A stretch of DNA of 62,407 bases, filler included, from Dugesia japonica (Eukaryota), in assembly GCA_001938525.1 (NCBI GenBank). It is 5 parts of 5 records of this genome, joined end to end, with 100 filler letters (N's around TTAATTAATTAA, not from the genome) between each part and the next. Parts side by side here need not be neighbours in the genome. Positions count along the whole stretch, not along the records: positions 9,527 to 28,228 come from MQRL01620663.1; positions 28,329 to 41,042 come from MQRL01572044.1; 3 more parts are not named here. The stretch is one strand, 5' to 3'. The notes beneath the pieces were generated by a model. It saw only the letters and a list, made by a program, of their open reading frames with translations, searched no databases and was not told the DNA's origin. Position 1 is the stretch's first letter. Every line of letters starts with the position of its first letter. Both the position numbers and the translations under genes were made by a program. This document shows, in pieces, positions 26,571 through 39,899 of the stretch.

Positions 26571-28228
26571 TTAATATTCAAACAATTTTTTTATAAAAAA
26601 ATTTAATGATTTTTTATAAATTTTAAATAAAAATTGAAAATATTCTCTAAGATTTTAAGATAGTTAACACATCAAATTCTTCAAAAATCACAATGCAATA
26701 ATCTCAATCAAACGATCCTAACCCTTACAAAATTTTAAAGCCAACAAAACCCAAAAACAATTCCATATCATTTTAGTTACTCACAATTTACGATTTCTTT
26801 CATAATTTACTAAATTTTCATACTTAATTAAAATTTAAAAATTATCTTTAATATATGATACAATTTAATTAAAAATTTTTAACACTCTGAAGTATCTTAC
26901 AATTATAATTAAACACATAAACAAAATACTACAATTTCTTATTATTAATTTTACAGATTAGAAATCTAGCAANNNNNNNNNNNNNNNNNNNNNNNNNNNN
27001 NNNNNNNNNNNNNNNNNNNTTTTTTTGGAAGCATAAATTAATTTGCGACAGAATTTTAGAATTATAAAAGAAATTATTAGACTTTAAAGAGATTAATCAG
27101 TACATTAAATTTAAGATTTTACAATTTACATTTACCAGTAGTACGTAAAGTAAGTCGATTAAATATTTAATTGACTTTCTAATTGAACTAATGTATTTAA
27201 TTAGCTCACATGCGTATAATTTCCATCGATATAAAGGATGACGATTTAAAAACAAAATTTCACATTGCTTTGTTTTCTAGCCAACTACTAACTGTATCGT
27301 TTCATGGCGTACTGCTGTGCCCGTAAACTTACAATCAGTCTGTAATTGACATGATGCTAAAGCAAAAGCTAATGTCGGTTAAATATCCATTTATGATTTA
27401 TGATTTATATATATATATATATATATATATATCTCAGTCACAGCTGTCATTAGGTTCGCGGAGTGCGTCTAACCAGCTTTTGCTTAGTGATGGCATGTCA
27501 TATTAAGTAGGGATTATTTGCTAGAACAACTGGCGCTTTTAATAATCTTTTATTCTGAAATAAAATTCCAACGTACTATCAGTTCTTGGTCAGAAACATA
27601 AATCTGTTTACTCTTTATTTCTTTGAGGTAATGTAGTGATAACTTAATCAGTTTATACATGATTAGATATTGGAAATAATCTTCGTTGTTTATGGGAATA
27701 ATGTGAATGACAATGAAAATGAAAATAGAATCGGTCTAAACCANAAACCTACTATAAATTGAAAATTTTATTGACACGAAATATTACAAGGATAAATATA
27801 TATTAATAGAATATTAGTATACATATGGAATATTTCCAAAAATAACCCCTCAAAATCAAAAAAAATTTCCAAAAAAATAAAAATTCCAAAAATTGACCGG
27901 ATTTATTAAAAACTTATTTTCTGTAATAAGATATTTTCTGAAAATATTTTTGTAACTTTAATAAAAAAATTTTAAAGAAAAACATTTTTTGGAAACTTTT
28001 TTTGATCTAAATAGTAGTTTATTTTCATAATATTGAAAATATTTAATTTTTATCATTCAGAGAAAAATGACTAAAAAACTTTAAAAAGTGAATAATAATC
28101 CAAAATGTAACTTTCATATTAAACAAAAAAAATTATATTCTGTAAATATAATTTAATTTGTTTATTTCTTACATTGATATATATTTTTGAATTTATAAAA
28201 AAAAGAAACCTGTTTTTAATATAAACAT

Positions 28229-28328
28229 NNNNNNNNNNNNNNNNNNNNNNNNNNNNNNNNNNNNNNNNNNNNTTAATTAATTAANNNNNNNNNNNNNNNN
28301 NNNNNNNNNNNNNNNNNNNNNNNNNNNN
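28229..28328. other. Artificial scaffold-joining spacer
   Basis: 44 N + TTAATTAATTAA + 44 N. Confidence 0.95.
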
Positions 28329-28470
28329 ATATATATATAATTTTTTGTTATTGGATAAGTTTTGTTTTCTTATTCCACAGTTTAAAGTAAGTTTAATGAA
28401 ATATTAATTAAATAATAGAATTATTGTCATATTCCAATCATTTAATCATAATTATCATAATTACGTATAG

Positions 28471-28711
28471 AACATCTACTATGATACCAATTATTTGCTG
28501 TATGAGCAGTTTTTATGGAAGTTTTGCTGTATTTTCAATAATCGGACATATGGCCTATATAACTAACATAACAGATATTACAAAAGTGATCGAATCTGGC
28601 CCTGGACTTGCTTTTGTAGCATATCCACAAGCAATGGCTTTATTACCAGGAGGATCTATATGGTCTGTATTATTCTTTCTCACTCTACTAACATTAGGCA
28701 TGGATAGCATG
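28471..28711 (+). CDS. SLC6 sodium:neurotransmitter/amino-acid symporter exon (TM7-EL4-TM8)
   Basis: TAG|...|GTAATT; SSFYGSFAVFSIIGHMA...SGPGLAFVAYPQAMALLPGGSIWSVLFFLTLLTLGMDSM. Confidence 0.95.
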
Positions 28712-28937
28712 GTAATTTTCATAACTTGTTTTGTTATTCCTTCAATAATTTAATTACAACCAACAATAGTTCATTTTGTTTTGAACAACTATATTTTATA
28801 TATTATATTTCTTCGATTAAATGTTGCAACAAAAATTATATCATTAATGTAACACTAATATATTATAAAAATGAGAATGTTTGCTTTATTTGAAATATTA
28901 TTTGAAATTTTATGGAATATGCATTTTTAGTCATTAA

Positions 28938-30400
28938 TATTGAGTTGTGGAGTAAGTTGTTTCCTATTTTTCATCAAAGTAAAAAAAACAAAGTTAAGAC
29001 ATGCAAATTTTATTTTTAATAACATAAATATTGCCCATTTTTGTGGATAAACTATTATCAGCGTTGCGGTAATGTTACTATGCCCTTAAGATAAAAACTT
29101 TCTGGTTTTCCGGCGAAGATGTTCAAGCACTTTTTGATATTCTTCAAGAATGAAGTCGTTGTCTATCCAGATGATNTTGAAGAAATCCAAACAGATGGTA
29201 GTTCTCAGGAGCTATATCTGGCCAGTACAGAGGGTGCTGCATTATTTTCTTTTTTAAGTTTTTCAGTTTAGACTTTGTCGTCAAAGCAGGATGTCGTCTG
29301 GTGTTGTAATTGTGAGGTAATCTTATTTTTAAAATCTTTTGTTTAAAAGAGAAATTTAAATTATTGATGAAAAATTTAAATAAACAAATATTTNNNNNNN
29401 NNNNNNNNNNNNNNNNNNNNNNNNNNNNNNNNNNNNNNNNNNNNNNNNNNNNNNNNNNNNNNNNNNNNNNNNNNNNNNNNNNNNNNNNNNNNNNNNNNNN
29501 NNNNNNNNNNNNNNNNNNNNNNNNNNNNNNNNNNNNNNNNNNNNNNNNNNNNNNNNNNNNNNNNNNNNNNNNNNNNNNNNNNNNNNNNNNNNNNNNNNNN
29601 NNNNNNNNNNNNNNNNNNNNNNNNNNNNNNNNNNNNAAAATTGTTGGTTATAGTTTTTATCTTAATAAATCGTTGTAATGAATTTGAATTCTGATGCGAT
29701 GAGTTTTCAAAACTAAACTAACAGTAATTGTGAAAGACAACATTCTCCTTGCTTGCAAATTCTGGACGTTTCTTCGAAACGACCATTTTTAATTTGAGCA
29801 GTGTACTTTTTCGCTTTGATAATCTGACCAATCGGAAGCACCTCTTAATAAAGAATGCCCTCACCCACAATCCCATCAAATGCATAGCATCACTTTGGAA
29901 AGCTAATCAGGTTTAACAACTGACAGTGACGATTCACATGAACCGCACTATGATCAGCAATGCTTACTGTTATTATAAGCAACCAATTTCTCGTCCTTAG
30001 TTAATATCTGCTTAAGAATTGAATCCAATGAATGTATATCACAATACAATTTATTATGTTATTTTTTTGATAAATCATGTGGAGCCCATTTATACATTTA
30101 GTTTTTTACTTTCATAGTTTTTAACTACTTTGCAACTGTTGAATGTTCAACTCTCAAGCACTGTGCGATTGCTCGCGTCGGGATATGGCGGGTTGATTTT
30201 ATCTCGGCCAAGATTTCATCTTCATAAGGGGTCACAGGACAACTGGTGCGGGAACTGTTTCTAGACTGTGTACAGTTCACGCATCTCTTCTGTTGCCATT
30301 TTCAGAATAAAAACAATAAAGCATGTCGGTAATATTTCTTTCAATCTTCGGTTTGATAAGCTTCCTGCATTCTAAATATAGGATTAATTTAAAATTTTTT
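28938..30400 (-). mobile_element. Near full-length decayed mariner, interrupted at 29316-29723
   Basis: Minus strand KWAPHDL, ILTKDEKLVAYNN, KVMLCI*WD, KKRPEF...VVFHNY|NTRRH, HPLYWPDIAPENYHLF; TA + TTGAGTTGTGGAGTAAGT TIR at 28938; upper boundary approximate. Confidence 0.85.
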
Positions 30401-31362
30401 TGTTATGAAATTATATTACCGCTAAATATCAATTTAGTGGTAATTTAGTTTTGGGCTGATGGCGATTATTAATTTGTGTGTAAGTTCTATTATCAAAAGT
30501 TTTTAAATCGTTATATGTGAATAAATCAAGTGTAACAGTCGATTATTTAACTTGTAAATTTAAAATGAATTAATATTTTCGTTCTTTTATCTTTTGTTTC
30601 CATTGGATATTTAATTTTTTTTCAATTTTTAAACATGATTAAGATTTTTCTGCTCAGAACTTATATATTTTTTCTTTCATGCTGGTAGATTACTGCTTGC
30701 ATATATAATCTTTTAATAAAAGTATTTAATTTATCAAAAATAGTCGATTCATAAAAATATATTTAACTTTTATTATGTGAATTAGTTTACTTACTATGGA
30801 AATTGATTTGCCCATATTTTGCAAACTTGAAAGGTAATTTCATGTTATTAACATATACTAATAAAAATAAATATTCAAAGCATGATTTATGGAATGATTA
30901 AGTGCTTAAATATTATGCCGTAAGCTTCGTTGCATTTGAAAAATACTAACTATGCTACTTTATGTTCATTTCTTTTTCTGTGATGATTAATAAAAACTTT
31001 AATTTCTTTTTTAGTTTAACGATAACTTCTATTTTTATAATATTATAATAAACATTGAATAATAATTTTAAAATAATACGCTTTTATTATTTTGGAAACT
31101 ATTCGTAGCTTGAATATTTATTTATTTTTAAATGTGTTTTCAGAAATTGTTATTATATACTTAATTTTATAAATAATTTGTTTAATTGTTCTGTTAATCA
31201 TTAGATGGGATATAATAAATCCTCTGAATAACACAGTAGATAATTTTTATGAATTAACTTTGAGGACAATAGTGATAATAATCGAAATATTAAACCACCA
31301 AGTCTTAAATATAATTTCCTAATTATTTTACTATATTTTATTTCATCTTTTATCATTTACAG

Positions 31363-31494
31363 TTTGCCACCTATGAAACATTAATTCAAGGAATAGCTGA
31401 TGAATGCCCTAAGATTAAAGGTAAAATTCGCCATATATACACAGCCGGTGTGACTTTATTAATGATTTTATTTGGTTTACCGTTAACCACTAGA
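31363..31494 (+). CDS. SLC6 transporter exon (end of TM8 to TM9)
   Basis: TTTACAG|TTT GCC ACC...ACT AGA|GTAATT; FATYETLIQGIADECPK...LFGLPLTTR continues GMDSM|F in frame; missed by the ORF track. Confidence 0.92.
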
Positions 31495-31505
31495 GTAATT
31501 TTTAT

Positions 31506-31540
<35 letters not shown>

Positions 31541-32029
31541 ATGATGGATATAAATGAATTTATTGCACTTAAAAGTTAAATTTAAAATGTATAATAAGAT
31601 TTATAATTTCCTGTTTTCATACTAAAACATTTAGTAATAATAATTGCATTAAATATTACTTCCATTTATCATTTTTTTAGTAATGTAAACTCTTAGAATG
31701 GCTGGCTATTAAATTATAGATCTCTAATAGAGATCTATATAATATCTATAGATCTATAATTATAGATCAGTTCGCAAACTGTGTGCCACCAAATTTTTCC
31801 CTGTCTATATATTAGATACCTTTTATGAAAGTAGCATAATAAGACCACGATATTTTGATTTGGAGCACCGTAAAACTTTAGAAGATTTGATCTGGAGGAT
31901 GAGCCAAGATAGGAAAGGTCATTAGCCATAGACGATTGAGTTGAGGAAGGCCCTCTTATGATACTGGACTAGTCCGTAGAAAAGTTAACAGCCCGTAGAT
32001 CAATAATATTTGACCATCTAAAAGTAATT

Positions 32030-32340
32030 TGAAGAAGAAACCTTGAAATGAAATGGGTGCCTTATCTATTGACTGAAATGAATAAAATGCAACGATTATC
32101 CATCTGAAATTCGTTGCTTATTCAACACGACAAGGACAATTTTCTTAATCGGATTGTCACAGGTGATGAGTAATAGGTCCTGAGCGACAATCCTAAACGA
32201 AAATAGCTATGACTTTCACCCGGCCAAATTCCGAAATCAACTCTGAAACCGAACAATCACAGAAAAAAGATATTGCCTAGTGTTTGGTTTAGTGTACATA
32301 GAATGATTTACTTTGAACCACTGGCACTTGGCAAAAGAAA
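32030..32340 (+). mobile_element. mariner transposase fragment
   Basis: KWVPYLLTE...FLNRIVTGDE...KKILPSVWF. Confidence 0.85.
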
Positions 32341-33271
32341 TATAGTAGACTTCTTATTTAACTTTAAAGAATAATCCAAGCTATCTATTTTAAATTCACA
32401 CTCAAATTATTCTGATTTACCTCGCATACGTATTATTCAAACACTAACATTTAATAAATTTAATCAGTGTATATTTACTAAAATTAAACATACTGAAATT
32501 TAATTTTAGTATATGTTAACTCTTCCTCACAATTATTATTATCATTATTATTATTATTTATTGATTTATTTATTATTGATTTTTATTTTTATACTTCTCA
32601 ATTTTAATTATGAAGGCAAAATTTGAATAGCTTACTCTACTTCTACTACTACATATAGTTTTGTCAAAGGAAAAGTATTTTAAATTTAATGCACTTATTT
32701 TTAATATGGCTTGTTAGGGGTAGTAGCAATTAAAAAAAGAACTTTTCTCAGTATTGATTAATTAATTTTAAATTGTCTCTTACTTAACATTAACATTAAG
32801 CCATCAGAATTAATTATTAATTTTTTTAAGTGATCGTGTTTTTACTATTTGGACCAAACATTCCTAATCCGAGCATAGTGGATTTAAGTAACTTTTAAAT
32901 GTAGCGGTATACAATGGTTGTATTTGCCGCTTTTAAATATCATTTAAGTAGATGATTTTTAACTGCCGTAAATGCAATATTTCACATCAATATATCAATT
33001 ATCGTCATATTATAACAAATGACTAAAATTATTCTTAGGTCACCTTTCATGTATCTTAACTTATTATTAACATCAATCTTTTCATATAATCCTCTTAACT
33101 AGCAAGGATTGTATCGATGCGAATTAGAAATCTTAAATTGTCGAATTNNNNNNNNNNNNNNNNNNNNNNNNNNNNNNNNNNNNNNNNNNNNNNNNNNNNN
33201 NNNNNNNNNNNNNNNNNNNNNNNNNNNNNAATTCATGATAGAATTTTAATCTACTCGCGTTATTATCAATA

Positions 33272-36200
33272 TAGTTTATCATTTATAAAATTATATTAAT
33301 ATTTAAATTTGTTAATATTAAATGATATTGCTTGTTTAAATAATTCATTATTAATAAATAGTTTTTGTTTTAATAAATACTTATGGAAAGTTCAAGTCTT
33401 TTAANNNNNNNNNNNNNNNNNNNNNNNNNNNNNNNNNNNNNNNNNNNNNNNNNNAAAATAAGCGTACTGACGAGAAAAGAAAAGATGATCGGCAAAAAAG
33501 TTTTGTAAAGCTGTCATCTTCAACACAGGAATCGCTTTTACCAATACCAAGTTTTTTTTGAGGGTTCATCTGAAGCGGCTGAAGAATGGATTCAAACGAC
33601 CAAAGAATTTGCTGCGTTTAATCAAATGTAGTTATCATTCCCGTTTCATATATTAATGAGACGAGATGTGAAAGAATTATGGGTGGAAAAATGTAAAGAA
33701 GATGTAATTTGGATGAACAAGGTCTGCGAAAAATGGTTTTGTGAATCATTTGTGATTTCAGAGACACTAGTGGATAAAATAACTTTTTTGTCGAAGATCA
33801 AGCTAAACCCAACTGAAAAATATCGGAATTTTGAGTTAAGAGTAAGAAAAATAGTAAATGAAGTTTTGCTAGTAAAAAAACTCTAGATGAAATTGCAACA
33901 ATATTTGTAATTAATGGTAATTAATTTGTAAAGCGAAAAATTGAAAGAATCTTTTGTTCTTCAACCAGAACTTACTGATATTCAAACATGAGAATCAGCT
34001 AACAATTTGGATAAATTGAAACCGGCATATTCTGTTAATGTGGTAAAAAATCAGCTATGCAGATACAGTGAAGAAAGATGAGTATCAGTCAAAGTTTTCA
34101 AACGAATGAATACTCAAAACGATCCAAGTACAATTAGTCGACCAATTGTTTTGAAAGAGAATCAGTATTTTACAAATGAAATTCAGACCTTAGGACGGGC
34201 CCAAAACAATAGTTTCCCTCGATACTCGATGAAGTGTATAGCCAATAAGTTTTATTCTAAAGTCAAAGGAAAGAATCCTCCGCGCGAAGACATTTTTACA
34301 CCGGGAGCATGTTTCTGCTGTGGAATTACAAGATATAGAAGAATGAATTATCTATTAAAAGACAAATGTTTAATATGTGGAAAAGAAGGTCATAATTTTC
34401 GAGATTGCCCATTAATTCGAATAAGAAATTCTACATTTCCAAAGATATTATGTATTGCAGAAGAAGATGATATGTTATCTTACAGTGGTGAACAAATTGC
34501 GTTTATACACGATGTTTCTTTAGACGATGATAATAAAAAAAACGACCAGCAACCCACTGCATCCATCTCCTCAGTGAGGTTACAATAACAGAGAAAATAC
34601 TTCAAGATGAAAAATTGATGTTCGATGATAAAATGTTTCAGAAGAGAGATGGAAGAGAATGGAGTTTAATGCGTTGCAATGGATATGACATTGAGATGTT
34701 ATGGGATTCAGGAGCAGCAATATCAGTCATGAGTGTGGATATCTGGAGAAGAATTGGATTACTTGATCTATCGTCGTCACAAATTGTTCTATCATGAGTG
34801 TTTTCTGAAAAAGGAGAAAAAGGTATCGGGAAAACTAAACTGAAATTACAATGGAATGGGAACCTAAGAGAGAAAGAAGTAGTAATAGTTAGAAATATTT
34901 GTCCAAAATTTATTGGAGGTATTGATATGATGAAACTCTTCGGAATGAAAATCACTGAAGTTAATTTTATTAACTCAAACGATGGAAATCTATTTACCNA
35001 TAATACAGAAAAAGTGAAAAATGGCTTTAACACTTCAAATAATGTCAGCCAAGAAGTAAGAGAAATGATAGAAACTTACAAAAATATATTTATGTCATCA
35101 GAATTTTATCGTGGATATACGAAACTGATGCAACATCATATTGAAACGACAGGACCTCCCGAGAAGACAGCCAATGTACTTGGAAAATAAAATAGATGAA
35201 TTGTTAGAAAATCTTAAAAAATCAAATATTATAAGAAGTTTCAGAAGTCCATNGAATTCCCCATTGATAATTGTACCAAAGAAAGATGAGACGATAAGAA
35301 TGTGTATTGATTTTAGAAAATTGAATTAAATTACAGAAAAGTATTCGTTTCCAGTTCCAGATATTTAACTATTATTAGATACGCCTGAAAGATCAGTCTT
35401 ATTTTCTTCTTTAGATTTAAACAAGCATATTATCAAATTGAACTAAGCGAAGAATCAAAACTAAAGACGGCTTTTAGTACAAAGATAGGTCAATTTTATT
35501 TCAATCAAATGCTCTTTGGATTATGTACTGCACCAGAAACATTTCAAAGCTTGATGTATAAAATATTTGAAAGAATGTTGTACAAAGAAGTATTAGTATA
35601 TCTAGATGATATTTTAATATATGGTAAAACTAAGGAGGATCACAAAAAACGAGTTGGTAAAGTTTTTCAGCTACTATCGATGCGGGTTTTAAAATAAATC
35701 CAAGTAAATGTGTGTTCAATTCCAAGAAGCTGAAATTTTTAGGACCTACAATTAGCGCTAAAGATGTAGAGACAAATGATGAAACCATCAAAAGAATTCG
35801 AGAAGCCGTAACGCCAAAATGCGCCACGCAAATACGAGCGTTCTTAGAATTACTTGCAGCACCATTGTATGCATCGACGACAGGACAAGAAAAGAACATT
35901 GAATGGACATTGAATGAGGATAGTTTTCAATCTTTGAAGATAAAATTGTGTAGTGTTCCGATTTTGACTTTCCCAAATAATAGGGACGAAAAGATATTAG
36001 ATACTGATGCTAGTTTTGGAGCAATTGGAGGGGTTTTGAGTCAAATAAAGAATAATGGATTGGAACAGGTCATAGCATATGATTCTCGAATTTTAAACAA
36101 TCACGAAAAAGGATATTGCGTTACTCTCAAGGAATTGTTAGCTCTACATGAGTTTATGATGTATTTTAAATACTATTTGTATGGCAAGAAATTTAGAGCA

Positions 36201-37487
36201 AGAACGGATCATAAAGTATTGACTTTTATGAGGAAGACTTGTAAGCCCATTAGTTCTCAGTTTCAATCATGGATAATAAATCTAGCAGAATATAATTTTG
36301 AACTAGAATTCCGAAAAGGAGCAGTTCATGGAAATGCTGATGGACTTTCAAGGATAGGATAGAGTCTTTGTTCGCAATGTCAGACTATACATCAAGATGC
36401 CAAAGGGGAACGATCTCGAGTTAAAAGAATCAATACTTTAGACTAAACAAACTTTGATAGAAGCCATATTAAAGAATTACACTGGGCGAACAAAGAAATT
36501 TCTTATTCCAAGAACAGAATTTTAACCACTAGAACAGGTTATCATGGATATCGCTTACTTTCCAGGAGTGAAAACCAAAAATAAATATGTTCTCGTCATG
36601 GTTGGCAAGGTATAGTAAGTTGGCGTCTTTCGTAGCGTTAAGTAAACAGGATAAAACTTCGGTAGTTGAGGCAATAAAGGAAAACTGGATAAATAGTTTT
36701 GGTAAGTATTTGAAGGAAAGTTAATGCTGTCATTCGCAGTGAAGTTTGAGATTCAACAAGAATTTTCGTCCCCATATCAACATCAATCAAATGATTTAGC
36801 AGAAAGAAATATTAGAACACTTCGAGATATGATGGTAACAACGATAAAGAACGGCTGCACGGAATCAGGTTGGGGCAAATTACTTCCACGAATTCAGTTT
36901 GTAATAAATGCAACACAACAAAATTTTGACTGGTCCATCTCCTTTTGAAATTATCTTTGTAAGAAGGATAGTCTAACACGAATTACCACAAGAAGGAAAT
37001 CCGAAACACGAAGAAATGAAAAATCTGGCAGATGAAAATTTACAGAAAGCAGCTCAAAACTTATGCAAATACGAATGTGAAAAACGAACGCCCAGACATT
37101 TTGAAGAAGGGGAAAAAGTAATAGTGAAAGTAGAACCACACAAATTAAAGAAAAAAGGTTTCAGGTATGAGGGTCCTTACAAAATTATTAAATGTATAAA
37201 CCGACATCAGGTGCTTATAGATTTTTCAGGACAGCTTAAACCAAGAAGACTTGATTGGCTAAAAAAATTGAAAATCAAAATTAAAATGAGAGAGAGCAGT
37301 TATATATCATTTATAAAATGATATTAAGATTTAANNNNNNNNNNNNNNNNNNNNNNNNNNNNNNNNNNNNNNNNNNNNNNNNNNNNNNNNNNNNNNNNNN
37401 NNNNNNNNNNNNNNNNNNNNNNNNNNNNNNNNNNNNNNNNNNNNNNNNNNNNNNNNNNNNNNNNNNNNNNNNNNNNNNNNNNNNNNN
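33272..37487 (+). mobile_element. Near full-length decayed Ty3/gypsy element inside the SLC6 intron
   Basis: gag with two Zn knuckles (34106-34588), protease LWDSGAAISV, RT SPLIIVPKKD...MCIDFRKLN...VYLDDILI, RNaseH DTDASFGAIG...TDHK...NADGLSR, integrase SSPYQHQSN...YEGPYKI; purine tract near 37290; LTR-start similarity ATCATTTATAAAAT at about 33277 and 37305 (LTRs largely N). Confidence 0.93.
34537..34585 (+). promoter_or_regulatory. -1 programmed ribosomal frameshift signal (gag-pol)
   Basis: A AAA AAC in the gag frame, 7-nt spacer, hairpin AACC-CACTG...CAGTG-A-GGTT; the -1 frame is open into the protease ORF at 34615. Confidence 0.75.
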
Positions 37488-38926
37488 AAAACAACATGCG
37501 CACATTTCCAGCCACATAGAATTGGCTCACAGGAATTTAAAGAGTATCAGAAACAGACTGAAAGATTGTCAATGAAGATAGAAACGATATTACAACAGAT
37601 ACTACTTCTGTTTGATGACGAAGATGCTAAGTCTAGAACCCCAGTATAATCGTGGAATCAACCTGTTCGTTAATATCATTTTGAGTGTGCATACTTCTTT
37701 GTATCATGCCTTTTCAGAAATCTTTAAGCCAATTAAGACGACTCACTTCTAATATTCTGAATTGTTATTAAATTGGATAAAGAATCTTGTAAATACGACA
37801 ATTTTGGATTGACTTTTTTTGAAATTTGGTGTCTAACGTAAAAGTTACAAACAACTTAAGTGGTGCTCCATGCACAAAAAGTTACAAAATAAAATCGTGG
37901 ATTTACAGCAGACAAATTTAAAGCTGCCAGACAGGAACACCAAGTTAAAAGAACGGAATCGCACCCTAGATCAGTGGTGCCGAATGATATAATAAAATCA
38001 AATGCAGACAGAGTAAGCGCCTTGATTGCGAGGGATCGCACGTTGAGTCAGGTTTTGAAAACAAATTGCGAATCTGCCAGAGAAGAAGCTAAAGAATTAG
38101 ATGCATTGTGAACGGTGGTGTTTCAATAAATTTCTAATTGTTGTCACATCTTTACTTATCCCATGACTTAAATGATAAAGAAATAGATACTGGAAACAAA
38201 GAGAGAAACAGCTGTAGTCATAGAGAACCTGAAACTACAAGACGGGATACCGCATAGTCCTGCATAGACTCGGGGTAGATGGGACAATGTACGAGGCATT
38301 GTTAAATTTCTGCTGGCTTCAGAATGTCTACCCCTAGAAGATATTAAGATTGTATTGAAAAGAAGAACAACATAAGGAAGATCATTAAGAGAAAGGGCCC
38401 AAGATCAAGATAATAACATGAAAAACCTCGAAGCCCAAAAAATTGATTTGAAATACTATTTCTTGTTTATTGAAANNNNNNNNNNNNNNNNNNNNNNNNN
38501 NNNNNNNNNNNNNNNNAGTTATACTCTGATTGAGATATTTATTCGTTAATTATAATTGTACTCGATTTCTTGTTACTCAAGGGTTTTTTAAATTTTATCT
38601 TGTGCTTCATCTAAATAATTGGATAATTTTGAATTTAAAATACATCTTAACATAATTTCGGAAAACTTAATTTCGATTATCATAGTATTAATTTCAAATA
38701 TAATGAAGATTACTATGTTAAATTTTTATCCAATAAAATCTACAAGAATTTTTCTAAAATAAACTCAAGTAGATTCAAACAATTTCTGAATTACATTACA
38801 TATGTGCTATTTCTTTTTAAATAAACTTGATGAACAAAACTGGTTCTGATATAAACTATTTTTAAAAATATTTTTATTTTGAAATTATAAAATTCAAATT
38901 TCTAAAAATAAGCATAAATAATTAAG

Positions 38927-39026
38927 GCGGGAGCATATTTATTCCAAATTGTTGATTGGTATTCGACTCCTATTGCTGCTATTATAATTGCACTTTTTGA
39001 AAGTATCGCATTGGCTTTTTTCTATA
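38927..39026 (+). CDS. SLC6 transporter exon (TM10)
   Basis: TAAG|GCG GGA GCA TAT...TAT A|GTAAGC; AGAYLFQIVDWYSTPIAAIIIALFESIALAFFY matches GxYxFQLxDxY...E...Y; phase fits the previous exon. Confidence 0.9.
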
Positions 39027-39899
39027 GTAAGCTTATAATTTATTTTAAATATTTTATTGTTATTCTTATTAATTATTAACATGAATATGGTAATTTGTTA
39101 ATCAGTCATCAAAATTTATTTGTTGCGATATTTAAATTAAAACGGTACTTAAATTTTGTGATGTGTGATTTGTAGTGTTAATTTGTATCAGCAGCAAATA
39201 TTTAGTAAATCAATAATTTCCAAATTTAATAATTTTACACTATCTTAAATGTTGATAATCTTTAGTTTAATGACTAATTATATTTTATTATTTTCGCAGC
39301 AAAGTATGTATTATGTAATTTATGTACTTTATGAATTTACTATTGAGCCATCTTAAGTAAATTGATTTAATATTTGAATCATCTGGTTCGAGATATTCAA
39401 TAATTATCATTTCAGTTTTTTCTAAAACGATTGAAGTCTAAAACTTGTCAGGGGTTTTCTTAATTTNNNNNNNNNNNNNNNNNNNNNNNNNNNNNNNNNN
39501 NNNNNNNNNNNNNAAATGTTTTTCGTTTATTTGTTTAGATATGACAAGAAACAAAATATTACTTGTTTAATCACAATTAAATTATTGCTTAAACAGTTCT
39601 GTTTATATGTAAGGTTATTTTTTTCCACAGTTTGTCTAGTTTTTCTTATTCCTTTGTTAAAATCGAAGTTAGCGTTATCCAAAAAGTCATCCTTATCTGC
39701 TTTCGAATTTACTTCAATTCCTCTTTTCGTAATTTTTCGAAACCTGCGTTTATATTATTTCATTTACCTTCATTGTTTTCTGTTTCATTTGAGTTCATCC
39801 GACAACAAAATACCGTTGATATTAACTCTAACATATATCATTTAAACAATGATCATTTCTCACTCTCAATTTTATAGTGTTGTCTACCTGAGTGATATG

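Noticed and set aside
31714-31769. Cluster of AGATCT/TATA palindromes
   Set aside because: Short low-complexity hairpins beside a MITE-like end; no functional support
39516-39877. Hydrophobic ORFs of 109 and 81 aa
   Set aside because: T-rich low-complexity intronic sequence with no SLC6 or other similarity
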